A stretch of 64,000 nt of DNA from an uncultured delta proteobacterium (GCA_963804955.1 CAWDSQ010000007.1:448001-512000); one strand, 5' to 3'. Shown: positions 10,500-21,727, numbered from the stretch's first letter. Numbers and translations are program-made. The notes: generated by a model from the letters alone, not told the origin.

Positions 10500-11627
10500 C
10501 TACTCTGCGGCAAATTCAACACGCCGGTTTTTGGCGCGGCCTGCTGCCGTAGTGTTTTCAGCCACAGGATTCGTGCTGCCCAATGCTTTGGTTGCCAGGC
10601 GGTTGCTTTTAATGCCGCGGTTCATCAAATACTCACGAACAGCCTGGGCGCGCTTGTTTGAAAGGGATTCGTTGTAGCGTTCCGACCCGGTGCCGTCAGC
10701 ATATCCCTTGATGACGATCTTCACATCGGAATTATCCACAGCGGTGAGCACGTTTGCCACTTCATCAAGCGCCGGCTGGGCGCTCTTTTTTATAATGGCC
10801 TTGTTGTAGTCGAAAAGAATCATGGACCAGCAGCCGTGCTCATCGATCTTCGCCCCCCTGGGCGTATTGGGGCATGCATCCGCCTCTTCGCAGACGCCGT
10901 CGCCATCGGTATCCTTAACGCACTTGTCAAAGAGCACCCGCTCTACAAAATCGGTCATTGGCTCGCACCCGGCCAGCTTGTCGGCATTGGCCATAAAACC
11001 GCAGCCGCCTGCCTTGACAATCTTTTCCAGAACAATTTTATTGTTATAGTCATCACCAATCTGTATGGCATAGATGCAGAGCTTATCGCCCATTGCCTTT
11101 TTCAGCTTTTCGGCTGCGGCAACTGCATCGCCATCGGTCGATTTGCCGTCGGTCACCAGGATAAGGGCTGTACGGCCCTCGACACCCTGAAGATCCCCGG
11201 CAGCGGCATTGATGGCTTTGACCATGGGCGTATTGCCGGAGGCCAGATCGATCTTGCACAAAGCACCCTTCAGGCCATCCTGCGAATAGGCTGTCATGCC
11301 GTAAATCAAGTCTGTCTGAAAAATGGAGAACAGGTAGTAGCCGTGGCCGAAGGTCCGCAGGCCGCCCGTCAGTTTCACATCTCCAGGTATGCACTGATTC
11401 ATGCATGTGACCGCGTCTTTGGCAATGGCAATCTTCAGCTTCTCGCCAACCTTTCCTCCCATGGATTCTGAGGAATCAAACAGGACAAGAAAATTTTCAG
11501 CTTTTTGCTTGTATTTCTGTACATTTACCATTGATTTACAACCAGGGCCCGCAGCCTTCTGCGCGGCGCAGCCGACACAAAATACCAGTGCAACAAGTAC
11601 TGCCAGTGCTTTCATCTGCCTGTTCAT
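10500..11627 (-). CDS. OmpA-family lipoprotein with vWA domain and thrombospondin type-3-like repeat
   Basis: Lipobox VGC; vWA DSSESM and ILVTDG; DTDGDGV..CPNTP; GYAD..G..YNESLSNKRA..GRAKNRRVE. Confidence 0.9.
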   Translation of the reverse strand: MNRQMKALAVLVALVFCVGCAAQKAAGPGCKSMVNVQKYKQKAENFLVLFDSSESMGGKVGEKLKIAIAKDAVTCMNQCIPGDVKLTGGLRTFGHGYYLFSIFQTDLIYGMTAYSQDGLKGALCKIDLASGNTPMVKAINAAAGDLQGVEGRTALILVTDGKSTDGDAVAAAEKLKKAMGDKLCIYAIQIGDDYNNKIVLEKIVKAGGCGFMANADKLAGCEPMTDFVERVLFDKCVKDTDGDGVCEEADACPNTPRGAKIDEHGCWSMILFDYNKAIIKKSAQPALDEVANVLTAVDNSDVKIVIKGYADGTGSERYNESLSNKRAQAVREYLMNRGIKSNRLATKALGSTNPVAENTTAAGRAKNRRVEFAAE

Positions 11628-11900
11628 GTCTTTTCCCCTTTTTTTTGTGTTAGTCTTTTTCGTTGGCGACTCTGTACCTTTTTCAGCAAATAATCTTTAT
11701 ATAGTTAGATAAACGAATTATGTCAATAGACTTCTTCTCTATTTTTTTATATTCATAAAAACTGCGTTAAAACAGATGCCCATGAATAGCCGATTACAGC
11801 AGCACAAACACCCCTGTCAGCCACGGAAACATATTTCTTTTTTCCTATATCTCCAACAAGCCCGAAGCATTTAACACCTTTTTGTAGCCACGCAACTTAC

Positions 11901-12044
11901 GAGCACTGTATCGTAATGAGTCCTGAGCCTGTCGAACGGGTATGCGAAATCCATGAACGTCCTGTATTGTTGGCATCAGTCTCCGATTTCAACCCTTCGG
12001 TCGAATGACAAAATGCGATGGAGCGAACGGCCAATACAGTGTTC
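11901..12044. mobile_element. MITE-like element
   Basis: Ends GAGCACTGTAT and ATACAGTGTTC (1 mismatch); contains the CCTGAGCCTGTCGAA motif also seen at 15-88. Confidence 0.5.
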
Positions 12045-12163
12045 AGCTTTGGAGATGACCATATGTCGGGCTACAAGATCCAATTAAATGCTCTGGCGCA
12101 TTTAAAATTATCAGGCGGATGGTTCGTGCAGAACATTGTCCCGGCTACGCAGTCCGCAAAAGC

Positions 12164-12203
12164 AAAAAAAAACGGCGGAAGCCCGCATCGGGCATCCGCC
12201 GTT
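12164..12203 (-). terminator. Terminator of the redox operon
   Basis: AACGGCGGA.GCCC..GGGC.TCCGCCGTT hairpin followed by a T-run on the minus strand. Confidence 0.75.
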
Positions 12204-12225
12204 CCGTTTTTACCGCTCTAAAATA

Positions 12226-12465
12226 TTACTTTACCGTTTTCATCGGCTCGAGCTGCTTCATGGCCATGCCGACAAAAGGCTTGGGCGTAACAGCCTGAAC
12301 GCACTCGATAAGGATAGCTTCCGTAACCGTGCCGCCGTCACCGGCCTTTGTCACGATGGCCTCCATGAGCTTCTTCTCTGTCATGGCCCGGAAGGGCTTG
12401 GGTGATGCTTCGATCATTTTGTCGAACATTGCCTTGCTGTTGTCCTGCCACGTTAATTCTGCCAT
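12226..12465 (-). CDS. Small helical protein (DUF2621/PCP_red-like)
   Basis: 79 aa; W.D.SK.MFDKMIE..PKPFR, internal PKPF repeat; AAAGGG RBS. Confidence 0.65.
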   Translation of the reverse strand: MAELTWQDNSKAMFDKMIEASPKPFRAMTEKKLMEAIVTKAGDGGTVTEAILIECVQAVTPKPFVGMAMKQLEPMKTVK

Positions 12466-12534
12466 GGTATCCCTTTCTGTAAAAAGTTTTTCGTACGTTT
12501 CAGCCTGTGTTGCTAAAAAAATCGTTCTTCTACC

Positions 12535-13768
12535 CTACATTGCCATAAGCATCAAATCTGTCAAGTCATAAAGCTTTATTTTTTCATGATTGCGCTTGAT
12601 CGGATCGCTCAGGCTCTGCTCGCAGTACGGGCAGCAGGTGGCTATGGCCTCAGCGCCCGTGGCCTTTGCCTCTTCGATGCGCTCTGCCGCTATCTTGAAC
12701 GAGTGCTCGGGAAATGCCGTGCGCACGCCGGCGCCCGCGCCGCAGCACCAGCCCTGGTCCTTGATCCGCTCCATTTCAATGAGCCGCAGGCCCGGGTATC
12801 GCCTTCAGGATGTTGCGGGGTTCCTCATATATACCACAGTGCCGGCCGATATGGCAAGGGTCATGCCAGGTAACGGTCAGGGGCACCTTCTTGGTGAACT
12901 TGATGGTCCCGTCGGCAACAAGCTTCTCAAGCACCTGCGTGACATGCAGCACTTCATAGTCGATGGCCGGCATGCCGGGCACTTCAGGAAAATCATACTT
13001 CAGGGTATGGTGGCAGCCCGCGCAGTGGGTGATGATCTTTTTAACGCCCGCCTGCTTGAAGGTCTCGATATTGCGCTTCACGAGATCAAAAAATGTGGCG
13101 CGGTCGCCGATGCGGATGGCAGGGCTGCCGCAGCAGATCTCCTTCTCGCCGAGTATGCCCACCGTCAACGCCGGCCTGCTTGCAGTATCTTTACGGTATT
13201 GATGATTTCGTGCTGCAGCAGGGGATCAAAGGCAGGGGTGCAGCCGGCAAAAAACAGATACTCGCACTTTTCCTTGTCGAAATCGGGCAGATCAAGGCCC
13301 TTGGTCCAGTCGCGCCGCTTGGTGCGGGGCTGCAGCCAGGGGTTATCGTAGTTCTTGATGCTCTTCAAAAGCTCCTTATGCGGCGGCAGCGGCGCAAGGC
13401 CCTTCTCGACCAGATAGGCCTTCAGCGCTTCGGCCGCCTTCAGCGGCTCCTTTTCATTCAGGCGCAGGCAGTTCATCTCGCAGGCGCCGCAGGACGTGCA
13501 GGTAGTAGCAGATCTTCAGCAGCTCCTCGGAATCCGTTGCGTCGAAATCGCCTTCGAGCAGGGCGCGGATAATGTGAAACTTGCCCATGGCGCTGTAGCC
13601 GAAGTTGCGCGTATAGCGGAACTCCGGACAGATTTCGCTGTACTTCGAGCTCTTCACATTCCAGCCCCACTGGTTCATGCACCAGTTGCAGCGCGCATCG
13701 CCCCAGGCCATTTCCCGGTAGTCTTCAAGGTTGCGCTCATAGACTTTTTTGTCGATTTTCGGATACAT
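12535..13768 (-). CDS. HdrD/GlcF-like Fe-S protein with two CCG domains (frameshifted)
   Basis: RCNWC..CP, CTSCGACEMNC, FFAGCT, EICCG, THCAGC, WHDPCHIGR, WCCGAG and TCCPYC across four consecutive ORFs. Confidence 0.85.
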
Positions 13769-13789
13769 GGCTTACTCCAGAAAAAATTA

Positions 13790-15140
13790 TTACGCGCTCT
13801 TCTTGACAAGCTCGGCGCAGATGCTGTTAAGCGTATCGGCGCTGAAATCATCCCACTCGGCTGAAATCTGCACAAGCTCAGCCATATTCTCCGCGGTGAT
13901 CTCGGGGCACAGAACGGCGATGACCGGATCGATGCCGAGCACATAGGCCAGGGCCTGCCGCTTGATCCAGCCGTCTGCATCCAGGCTGCCGCCGAAATAT
14001 CGCTTTGGTGGGCACTGCCATCGAAAAAGCTGTTGACTGGGCGGCTATGGCGCTGTCAAGCGCGCCTGCGACAGTCCAGGCTGCAAGGCCGTCGGCTGCG
14101 CCGCCTGCGGCAAGACCGTCAAGGCCGTCAGATCCCTGCGCCCTGCTTCTTCAGAAGCGCGCCCGCTGCGGCTGGTTCAAGGCCCAGGCGATAGCATGTC
14201 TCCATTGCTCTGGCAGCGTCAACACCGGCAGCCGCAAGGCTTGCAAAGCCCATCAGGTCGGACACGAGACAGCCGGGCTCCTTGGATCCGCCCATCATGT
14301 CCATGAACGCTCGGGGCTTCATTATATTTCAGGAATGTATAGTAGGGATAGGGGCAGTTGTAGCCCGCGTCATTGCGGTGCGTCAGGCTTTTGAGCTTGT
14401 CAAGCGCTGCGGCATCAATGCCCAGAGCCGCGCCGATATCATACAGCCCGGCTTTGCCCTTGATGGCGCCGGCGACGATTTTGTTCTTCAGCTCGATGCA
14501 CTTCACGAAAAAGCCGTCAGCCACTTCCAGTGCGCCAAGGCCGCGCATGGCAACAGCCTTCAGGTTCTTTGCGCCGAACACGGCGCCAAGGCCTGCTTTG
14601 TCTTTGCCGCCCCAGTAGTTCTCGGAGACGACTGGCCAGGGGGTTTTTGTTTTCGCCGGCTTTGCCGATGAGCAGCATCTGCGCCATATCATCGCCGTAG
14701 ACTTCGCGCATCTTGTCGGTTGATTCCCAGACATCCTTGCCCCAGATATCGGCCGAATCATTGATGTCCGACAGGCCGTCATGCAGCCACAGGCGCACGG
14801 GAGCTGCTGCCTTGCCCAGCACAACCACAAAGTCAAAGCCCGTCAGCTTCAGCTCAACGCCCGTCTGCCAGCCGAAGGGCACATGGGCGATTTTGCCCGT
14901 AATGGGGCTTTTGGCCGTCATCACGCCGCCGCAGGCAGCAGGGGCGAAGGTCGCCGTAAAAAAGCCGGAGCCGAGAATCAGGGGCTCGCGGTCCTTGTAC
15001 TGCTCGTAGAGCTCCATATTGATGGCAGCGCCGCCAAGGGCCTTCTCTATGAGCTCTTCGGTCAGGTCCTGGTTCGAGCAGGATTTCGCGTCAAGATCGA
15101 CAATAAGAATTGTGCCGTTATAGTTATTCATGGTTTCCAT
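13790..15140 (-). CDS. Aldehyde:ferredoxin oxidoreductase-like protein, short and degenerate (frameshifted)
   Basis: AOR N-domain motifs AKSPITG, LKLTGFDFVVVLGKA..PV, IWGKD, IGKAGEN, GLGAVFGAKNLKAV; about 450 aa. Confidence 0.75.
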
Positions 15141-15145
15141 AGTCA

Positions 15146-15490
15146 TTAGCCCTCCATGCTCAAAACGCCGTAGGGACATGCCTGCATGCACACCGGCCCG
15201 TTATCCTCATCCTTGCAAAGGTCGCAGGCAATGCGCAAAAGAATCGGCTTTGCGCTTGCCCCGGCGCCTTCAATCTGCTCGCCGGGCATCAGCACCTTTT
15301 CGCCCTCAGGCCGGCCCAGCATCAGCGTCTTGTCGCGCTTGACCATCATGCCGTAGTAGTTTTTCTTTTCCTCATAATAATACATGAGGCTTGAGCCTAT
15401 GGGCGAAATGCTGCCGTCGTGGTGATAGTTGCAGGCAAATTCGCATATCCTGCAGCCCGTGCATTTCATGGGATCCACTTTCAGTGCCAT
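15146..15490 (-). CDS. 4Fe-4S dicluster ferredoxin-like subunit
   Basis: CTGCRICEFAC and CDLC..PVCMQACP. Confidence 0.85.
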   Translation of the reverse strand: MALKVDPMKCTGCRICEFACNYHHDGSISPIGSSLMYYYEEKKNYYGMMVKRDKTLMLGRPEGEKVLMPGEQIEGAGASAKPILLRIACDLCKDEDNGPVCMQACPYGVLSMEG

Positions 15491-15575
15491 GGTGAAGCTC
15501 CTTTATTATTAATTTATAGTAGGGGTTCAAATCTAACAAGATTTTGAGCCCCTGCGCAACGTTTAACTGCGATTC

Positions 15576-17149
15576 TCAATTATCAGGGTCGATCTGGTGC
15601 GGCGGATTTGATACCCTGTTCGGATCAATGGCGCGCTTGATGCCCTTCAGCAGCTTGTCGTACTTGAACACGGGAGCCGCCATCTGGTGATAGGCCCGCC
15701 CAGGAACGGGCCGACGCCGTTTTCAAGACCGTTGCTCACGTCTTCCTTGGTCATCTCAAGCAGCTTGCCAAGAAGATCGCCAAGATCCTCAGCGCGTTTT
15801 TCAACCGGGAAGTCGGTCTCGCCGAAGCCGAAATGGCCGAAATCATAGCCGCCGATCCAGTCCGGACCGTCGCTGTCAAGAATGGGCGGCGAGAATTTAT
15901 CAACCCACTTGTAGCCGGTCTTGACCTGGCCGATCGAGTACTTGAGCGTATCGGTCTGCAGGCGCAGGGCCAGGAACGTGCCCGAGGCCCGCATCATGCG
16001 CGAGCCATGCGTGTCCCGTGATCCAGTTATTGGCATGTGCGGGGCACCCACATGTCATAGACTTCCTTCTTCACGGGCTTGCCGCCGGTCTCTTTGATGA
16101 TGTCTTCAAGCACGCGCTTTTCATATTCAAGCTGCTTGCCGGAGGTGAAGCCCCAGAGGCAGACGCCCACGGCATTTTTCGCATTGTCCTGGAAGGTGCG
16201 CTTCTTGCCACTCGGTCCAGTACTCCTCGCAGGAATTGGACCACCACATGATATAATACACGGTGGGCCACTTCTGCACGACGCCGGCGATCTCTGCCTT
16301 GCCGATTTCATACATGAAATTGACGGCATCCTCAAGGGACTCATACTTCACCATATACCACTTGAAACGGTCTTCGGGCAGCACCGAGGTCTGGTTGGGA
16401 ATCGTGCCCTCAACCGGCCATACCTTGGGGCCGGGATAGGGATGCAGCTTCACGGCCATCTTGGTGACCATGCCGACGCCGCCCATGGCGCCGGCATAGC
16501 CGCGCAGCATGCCGCGAAGATCAGGACCCGGGCCTTCGCCCCAGAAGCCGTTATCAGCATCCTGCGAGAATGAGCCGGTGCGCAGGATCTCGCCGTTGGG
16601 CAGCACCCACTCAAGGCCCAGAATATTTCTATAGGCAACGCCCAGCCGGTACCCGACGCCCCACATGCCCTGAAACACATGGCCGCCGATGGCCGATGCC
16701 TGGGCGCTTGCCTCGGGCGAGCCGATATACAGGCCGCGCTTGTATGCCTCTGCCTGCACCTGCGCAAGCGTGCACAGGGGCTCGATGACGGCATACATGT
16801 TCTTCTCGTCGATCTCATGAATTGCGCCCATGCGCTTGCAGTCGATGATCACGGTATGGGGCCGGTTGGGAGAGCCGGTCAGTGACCACTGGTTTGACCC
16901 GACGGGAATGAAGGGTATTTTATAGCGGTTGCAGATCTTAATGACTGCCTGCGTCTCCATGGTGCCGTTGGGCAGCACCACAAATTCCGGCGGCATGGAC
17001 ATGCCGAGAATCTTCGGGGGCAGCCAGTCGCCGAAATAGGCATTGACCGTTGCGGGATTATCTCTGACATTTTCTACGCCGAGAGCAGCCTGAAACGCTT
17101 TCAGAATCTGCTGATGACTCTCATCGTTTGTATCTGCTGTATCTGTCAT
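15576..17149 (-). CDS. FAD-binding oxidoreductase (VAO/PCMH/GlcD family), frameshifted
   Basis: PEFVVLP, IIDCKRM..I.EIDE.NMYAVIEP, GLEWVLPNGEILRTG, GPGPDL, IKRAIDPNRVSNP; GAGGAG RBS. Confidence 0.85.
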
Positions 17150-17163
17150 GGCCTGTTCTCCTC

Positions 17164-18467
17164 TCACAGTGCTTCCATCATAAGGTCAAACAGATTCTCG
17201 ATTTCCATCTTTTCTTCCATGCCGATGCCGCCGGCGCGCAGGTTGCTTTCGCACCAGGGGCAGCTGGTCACGAGCATGGAAGCGCCCGTATCCTTGGCCT
17301 CGGCCAGGCGCTCGCGCGCGGTCCACTGGGCAAAATCCTTGAAGCCGGTAAACGCGCCGCCGCCGCCGCCGCAGCACCAGGCATATTCCCTGATGCGCTC
17401 CATCTCCACAAGCTCGACGCCGGGGATGGACTTGAGGATAGTGCGCGGCTCGTCATACACGCCCACCATATCCTTGCCGGGCACATAGGGGCGGCCCATG
17501 CGGCCCATGTGACAGGGGTCATGCCAGGTCACGGTGACGGGCACCTCTTTTTTAAACTTGATCTTTTTGTCCCTGAGTGAGCCGCTCGAGATATTCCGCC
17601 ACATGCAGCACTTCAAAATTCTTCTTTTCGGGCAGCTCGTCGTATTCAACGCGCATTGTGCCGTAGCAGCCGGCGCAGGGGGTGACGCACCGTCTTCACG
17701 CCCAGTTCGTTAAACTTCTTTATATTGGCCGTTGCCAGCCGTTCGAATTCGGCAAGGATGCCGGTCTTTTCGGCGGGCTGCCGCAGCACAGCTCCTTGTC
17801 GCCGAGGGTGCCGAAGTCAACCTTAGTTTCTTGAGGATTTTGGCGATATTGACGACCGTGCCTTTCAGCTCCTTCGCACAGGCCATAGGTGCAGCCGACA
17901 AAAAGCAGCACCTCGGCCTTCTCCTTGTTCAGGTCCTTAATGCCCAGGCTCTTCAGCTCCTTGGCCCAGGTGTTGCGCTTGGTGCGCGGCTGCAGCCAGA
18001 CATTGTCATACTGCTTCAGGCTGTCAAGCATGGGCTTGTGCTCGGGCAGTATGCCCGATCTCCTTGATGTATTCGGCGCGCATCCAGCGGTAGAGCTTCA
18101 CAAGCTCGGCGTCGCGGATATTCTTGTCCATGGCGTCGCAGCCGCCGCACATGGTGCACTGGAACAGAATGTCCTTGATCTCGGGATCATCGCCCCATTT
18201 CATCTTGCCGTCGATGATGGACAGCGCCAGATCGCACTTGCCCTGACCCGAATGGGAGTCAAACAGGTAGCGCGTATGCTGGGGGCAGATGCGGGCATAG
18301 CGGGCGCTCTTGACCTGCCATGAATTCACCCATTTGCACACCGAGCAGCGCGAGCAGTTGAAAGCTGTCCAGCGGGCCTTCTCCTGATCGAAGGGCCCTT
18401 CGAGGGGATATTTTAAATAGCGCGGATCTTTGGGAAGCAACATTTCCTTAGCCATGGAATCCTCCAT
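17164..18467 (-). CDS. Second HdrD/GlcF-like Fe-S protein with CCG domains (frameshifted)
   Basis: CSRCSVC..CP, CTMCGGC, FVGCT, ELCCG, TPCAGC, WHDPCHMGR, WCCGGG, TSCPWC. Confidence 0.85.
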
Positions 18468-18484
18468 CTATCTGAAAATTTAAA

Positions 18485-19909
18485 TTAAAAACAGAGTTTG
18501 CCCGGATTCAGTATGCCGTTCGGGTCATAGATCTTCTTCAGCTCCTTGAGCATGGCTGTATAGGAAGAAGACCGGCGGTACACCATATCGGCCCAGGGGC
18601 CATAGGGCCGGGTGAAAAAAGCTCCTTCGTCGATAAGCTGCTTGCTGAGCTCGACGACAGAGCGATCCGACATTTTCACGCTCCGCCTCATCCTCAAGCT
18701 CGCAGGGAAAGCTGAACTGCAGATGGCAGGCGCGGCCGCGCTCCAGGGGCTGCATGTACACGCCCACTTCGTCGATGTTCAGGCCGTAGGTGGCGGCATA
18801 GCCCATGGCGATATCTTCATAGCGGGCAGCCTTGTCCATGGTCGTGATAAAGAAAATTTCCTGCGATGAGCTGGCAAAGCGGGTCTTCCAGTAGTCGCCT
18901 GCGGGCAGGTTGCGCAGCTTGCTCCAGCATGGTTGCTTCAAGGCCGGCGATGCCGCCCACGGTTTTGCCGGGCTGAAGCTGAAAGTCGGCTGCTATCTCC
19001 ATAAGCGCCTCTTCTTCATAGGCGATGCGCTCAAGCGGGCGGCGCGGAGCGCCGGCAAGCACGAGCACCAGGGTATAGTTGGGAAGCTCTGCCATCAGCT
19101 TGCCGAAATCCTTGGGATCGTCGGCCAGGAGCTGCGCCATCATGAACCGGTTGAGAACAAAGCACTCATTGCCCACATGGCGGCGCTGCATCTTGTAGAT
19201 GGGGCCGGCGCAATCCTCCAGGCAGTCAAAGCCCATGAAAAAGGCCTTCTGGTGCTTCGGCCGGTATTCGGTCTTCACATTCAGCCAGGTAATGATGCCC
19301 AGGGTGCCCTGCGCGCCAAGAAACAGGCGCCAGAAGTCGATGCCCGGGCCTTCCGGGTAGGCGCCTTCGCAGTGCGCATCCGATGCCGTACCCGTGATGA
19401 AAAGATCGCCCGTCGGGAGCACCACTTCCATGGTAAGAGCCGGCTCGCCGTATTCGTATTTGGGGATCAGCATGGGCTCGCGCTCAACAGAGCTGGTGAG
19501 GGCCGATGCCTTCGGGTGGGGAAACAGGGGATTCAAAGCCATCTGATCATGCTCTTTCAAAGCATCATTCAACTGCTGCCAGGTGACGCCCGGCTCGATT
19601 TTTGCCTTGCGGTTCAGGGGATCAATCTCAAGAATTTTATTCATCCCTGAAAGATCAACAATAACGCCGCCCTGCTCGGGAAGCGTGCCGCCGGTAAAAT
19701 GAACGCCCGAGCTGGCAGGAACCAGCGGCGTAAGCGTTGTATTGGCCCATTTAACGAGCTTCCTGCACTTCAGCAGTGTTTTTGGGCTTCACCACGGCAA
19801 AAGGCCTCTTCCGGGGATTCAGGGTCTGATCCGTGGAATACAGGGCCAGCGTCTGCTCGTCATCAAGCACATTTTTCGCGCCCACGATATCCCGTAGCTC
19901 TTTCATCAT
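18485..19909 (-). CDS. FAD-binding oxidoreductase (VAO/GlcD family), first gene of the operon (frameshifted)
   Basis: MNKILEID..KIEPGVTW, EVVLPTG, GAQGTLGIIT, LKKIYDPNGILNPGKL; AGGAGG RBS before ATG 19909. Confidence 0.85.
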
Positions 19910-20155
19910 AACGACCTCCTACGTTGGGTTCAAATTGATGATAATCACAGTCCAAAATAAGAATAAAACGATGGCAAAAAATATTTAGCGTAATAACCTT
20001 CTATAGCATAAGTAAAGAAGGCAGCACAATATCTTTTTTGCCGCATGCGACACAAGAGCACAGGTGTTGTATCTATTTTCATGATAATCCTTAAAAAATA
20101 CTTTCCCGGCATGCTGACAGAATGGTACAGACAGCAGAAAAAAGGCTTTTTTGAC

Positions 20156-20172
20156 TATGACAAATTGTCATA
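20156..20172. promoter_or_regulatory. Perfect palindrome, candidate operator
   Basis: TATGACAA-A-TTGTCATA between the divergent redox operon and serC. Confidence 0.5.
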
Positions 20173-20182
20173 TTTTTTTCAT

Positions 20183-20211
20183 TTGACACACTATGCCTCT
20201 GCCTCTATAAT
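20183..20211 (+). promoter_or_regulatory. sigma70 promoter of serC
   Basis: Consensus TTGACA-17bp-TATAAT. Confidence 0.75.
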
Positions 20212-20278
20212 GCCCGCATTATCAAAAACTTAGCGCGATGCTCAGCGCAGACATTTACCCAAAAAAGGAGACTTACTC

Positions 20279-21364
20279 ATGGCAAGGATATTCAACTTCG
20301 CAGCAGGACCCTCCACGCTGCCTGTCGAGACCCTTCAGGAAGCAGCGGCAAAAATGGTTGACTTCGAAAACACCGGCATGTCGCTCATCGAGATGAGCCA
20401 CCGCGGCAAGGTGTATGAAGGCGTCCACAATGAAACCATAGCCCTGATCCGGGAAATTCTGCAGGTGCCGGAAAACTATCATATTCTGTTCCTGCAGGGG
20501 GGCGCGACGCTCCAGTTCGGCATGATCCCCATGGCTTTTTTGCAGCAGGGCATGACCGCCGACTATATCCTGACCGGCGCCTGGGCCAAAAAAGCCTATG
20601 ACGATGCCAAACTCATCGGCGCAGTCAATGTGCCCTGGGACGGCAAGGCCGAGAAATACAGCCGCATGCCGGCGCAAAGCGAGCTTAAGCTCACGCCCGG
20701 CGCAGCCTATGTGCATCTCTGCTCCAACGAGACCATCGGCGGCATCCAGTGGCAGAGCTTTCCCGACACGGGCGATGTTCCCCTCATCTGCGACATGTCT
20801 TCAGACATCATGTCACGGCCCCTGCCGTGGGACAAAATCGACATGGTCTATGCCGGCGCTCAGAAAAACCTCGCTCCTTCCGGCATGGCTCTGGTCATCA
20901 TAAAAGACTCCCTTGCGCAAAAGGCGCGCAAGGATCTGCCGGCCTACCTGCGCTACGACCTGCATATAGAGAATAACTCCCTCTACAATACGCCCCCTTC
21001 ATTCATCGTCTGGATGACCGGCCTGACCATGAAATGGATCAAGTCGATCGGAGGCCTTGCCGAAATCGAGCGGCGGCGCGCAGAAAAGGCAACCCTGCTC
21101 TATACCACCATCGAGCAGAGCGGCGGCTACTACAAGAACCCGGTTGACACGGCAAGCCGCTCGCCCATGAACATCGTCTGGAGGCTTCCCAGCGAAGAGC
21201 TTGAAGAAAAATTCATCAAGGAAGCAAAAAAAGAAGGTTTCGACGGCCTCAAGGGCCACCGCTCCGTGGGCGGCTGCCGTGCTTCGGTCTACAATGCCAT
21301 GCCGGTTGAAGGCATCAGGAAGCTTGTGGATTTCATGAAAAAATTTATGTCTCAAAACGGCTGA
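20279..21364 (+). CDS. serC: Phosphoserine aminotransferase
   Basis: FNFAAGPS, EMSHR, LQGGA, SNETIGG, CDMSS, GAQKN (PLP Lys), YNTPP, GHRSVGGCRAS. Confidence 0.97.
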   Translation: MARIFNFAAGPSTLPVETLQEAAAKMVDFENTGMSLIEMSHRGKVYEGVHNETIALIREILQVPENYHILFLQGGATLQFGMIPMAFLQQGMTADYILTGAWAKKAYDDAKLIGAVNVPWDGKAEKYSRMPAQSELKLTPGAAYVHLCSNETIGGIQWQSFPDTGDVPLICDMSSDIMSRPLPWDKIDMVYAGAQKNLAPSGMALVIIKDSLAQKARKDLPAYLRYDLHIENNSLYNTPPSFIVWMTGLTMKWIKSIGGLAEIERRRAEKATLLYTTIEQSGGYYKNPVDTASRSPMNIVWRLPSEELEEKFIKEAKKEGFDGLKGHRSVGGCRASVYNAMPVEGIRKLVDFMKKFMSQNG

Positions 21365-21388
21365 TACCCTCTCCTTTTTTTATATACG

Positions 21389-21431
21389 CACAAAGGCGGA
21401 ACCGCGGGCACACGGTTCCGCCTTTGTGTTT
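21389..21431 (+). terminator. serC terminator
   Basis: CACAAAGGCGGAACCG..CGGTTCCGCCTTTGTG followed by Ts. Confidence 0.75.
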
Positions 21432-21727
21432 ATGCCAGTCCATCTAACTGGTACTGTGCAACTTTGTTTCCCTTTCGCCCTTGCTGAGCCGAAAAAACCG
21501 TTGCCGCTTCAGGCGCGAACAACAGCTTCAACCCGTGCCGCAAACCGGGGAAATGTTTGACATGGCGCTTGCTATTTTGCATGTATGCTTATATATAAAA
21601 ACAGTACGGCGCATGTACTCGCATCGGCTTGCAGGCCCACCGGGGCAAGCGGAAGCTTACAGATGATTCACGCTGTTCATGCGCCGGCAGCGAAACAATT
21701 CGAGCCGGCGCCTGTTTAACTGGAGTA

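Noticed and set aside
21636..21650. ZTP riboswitch (CCACCGGGG)
   Set aside because: The upstream GACTGGCG..GGTGG elements of the aptamer are absent.
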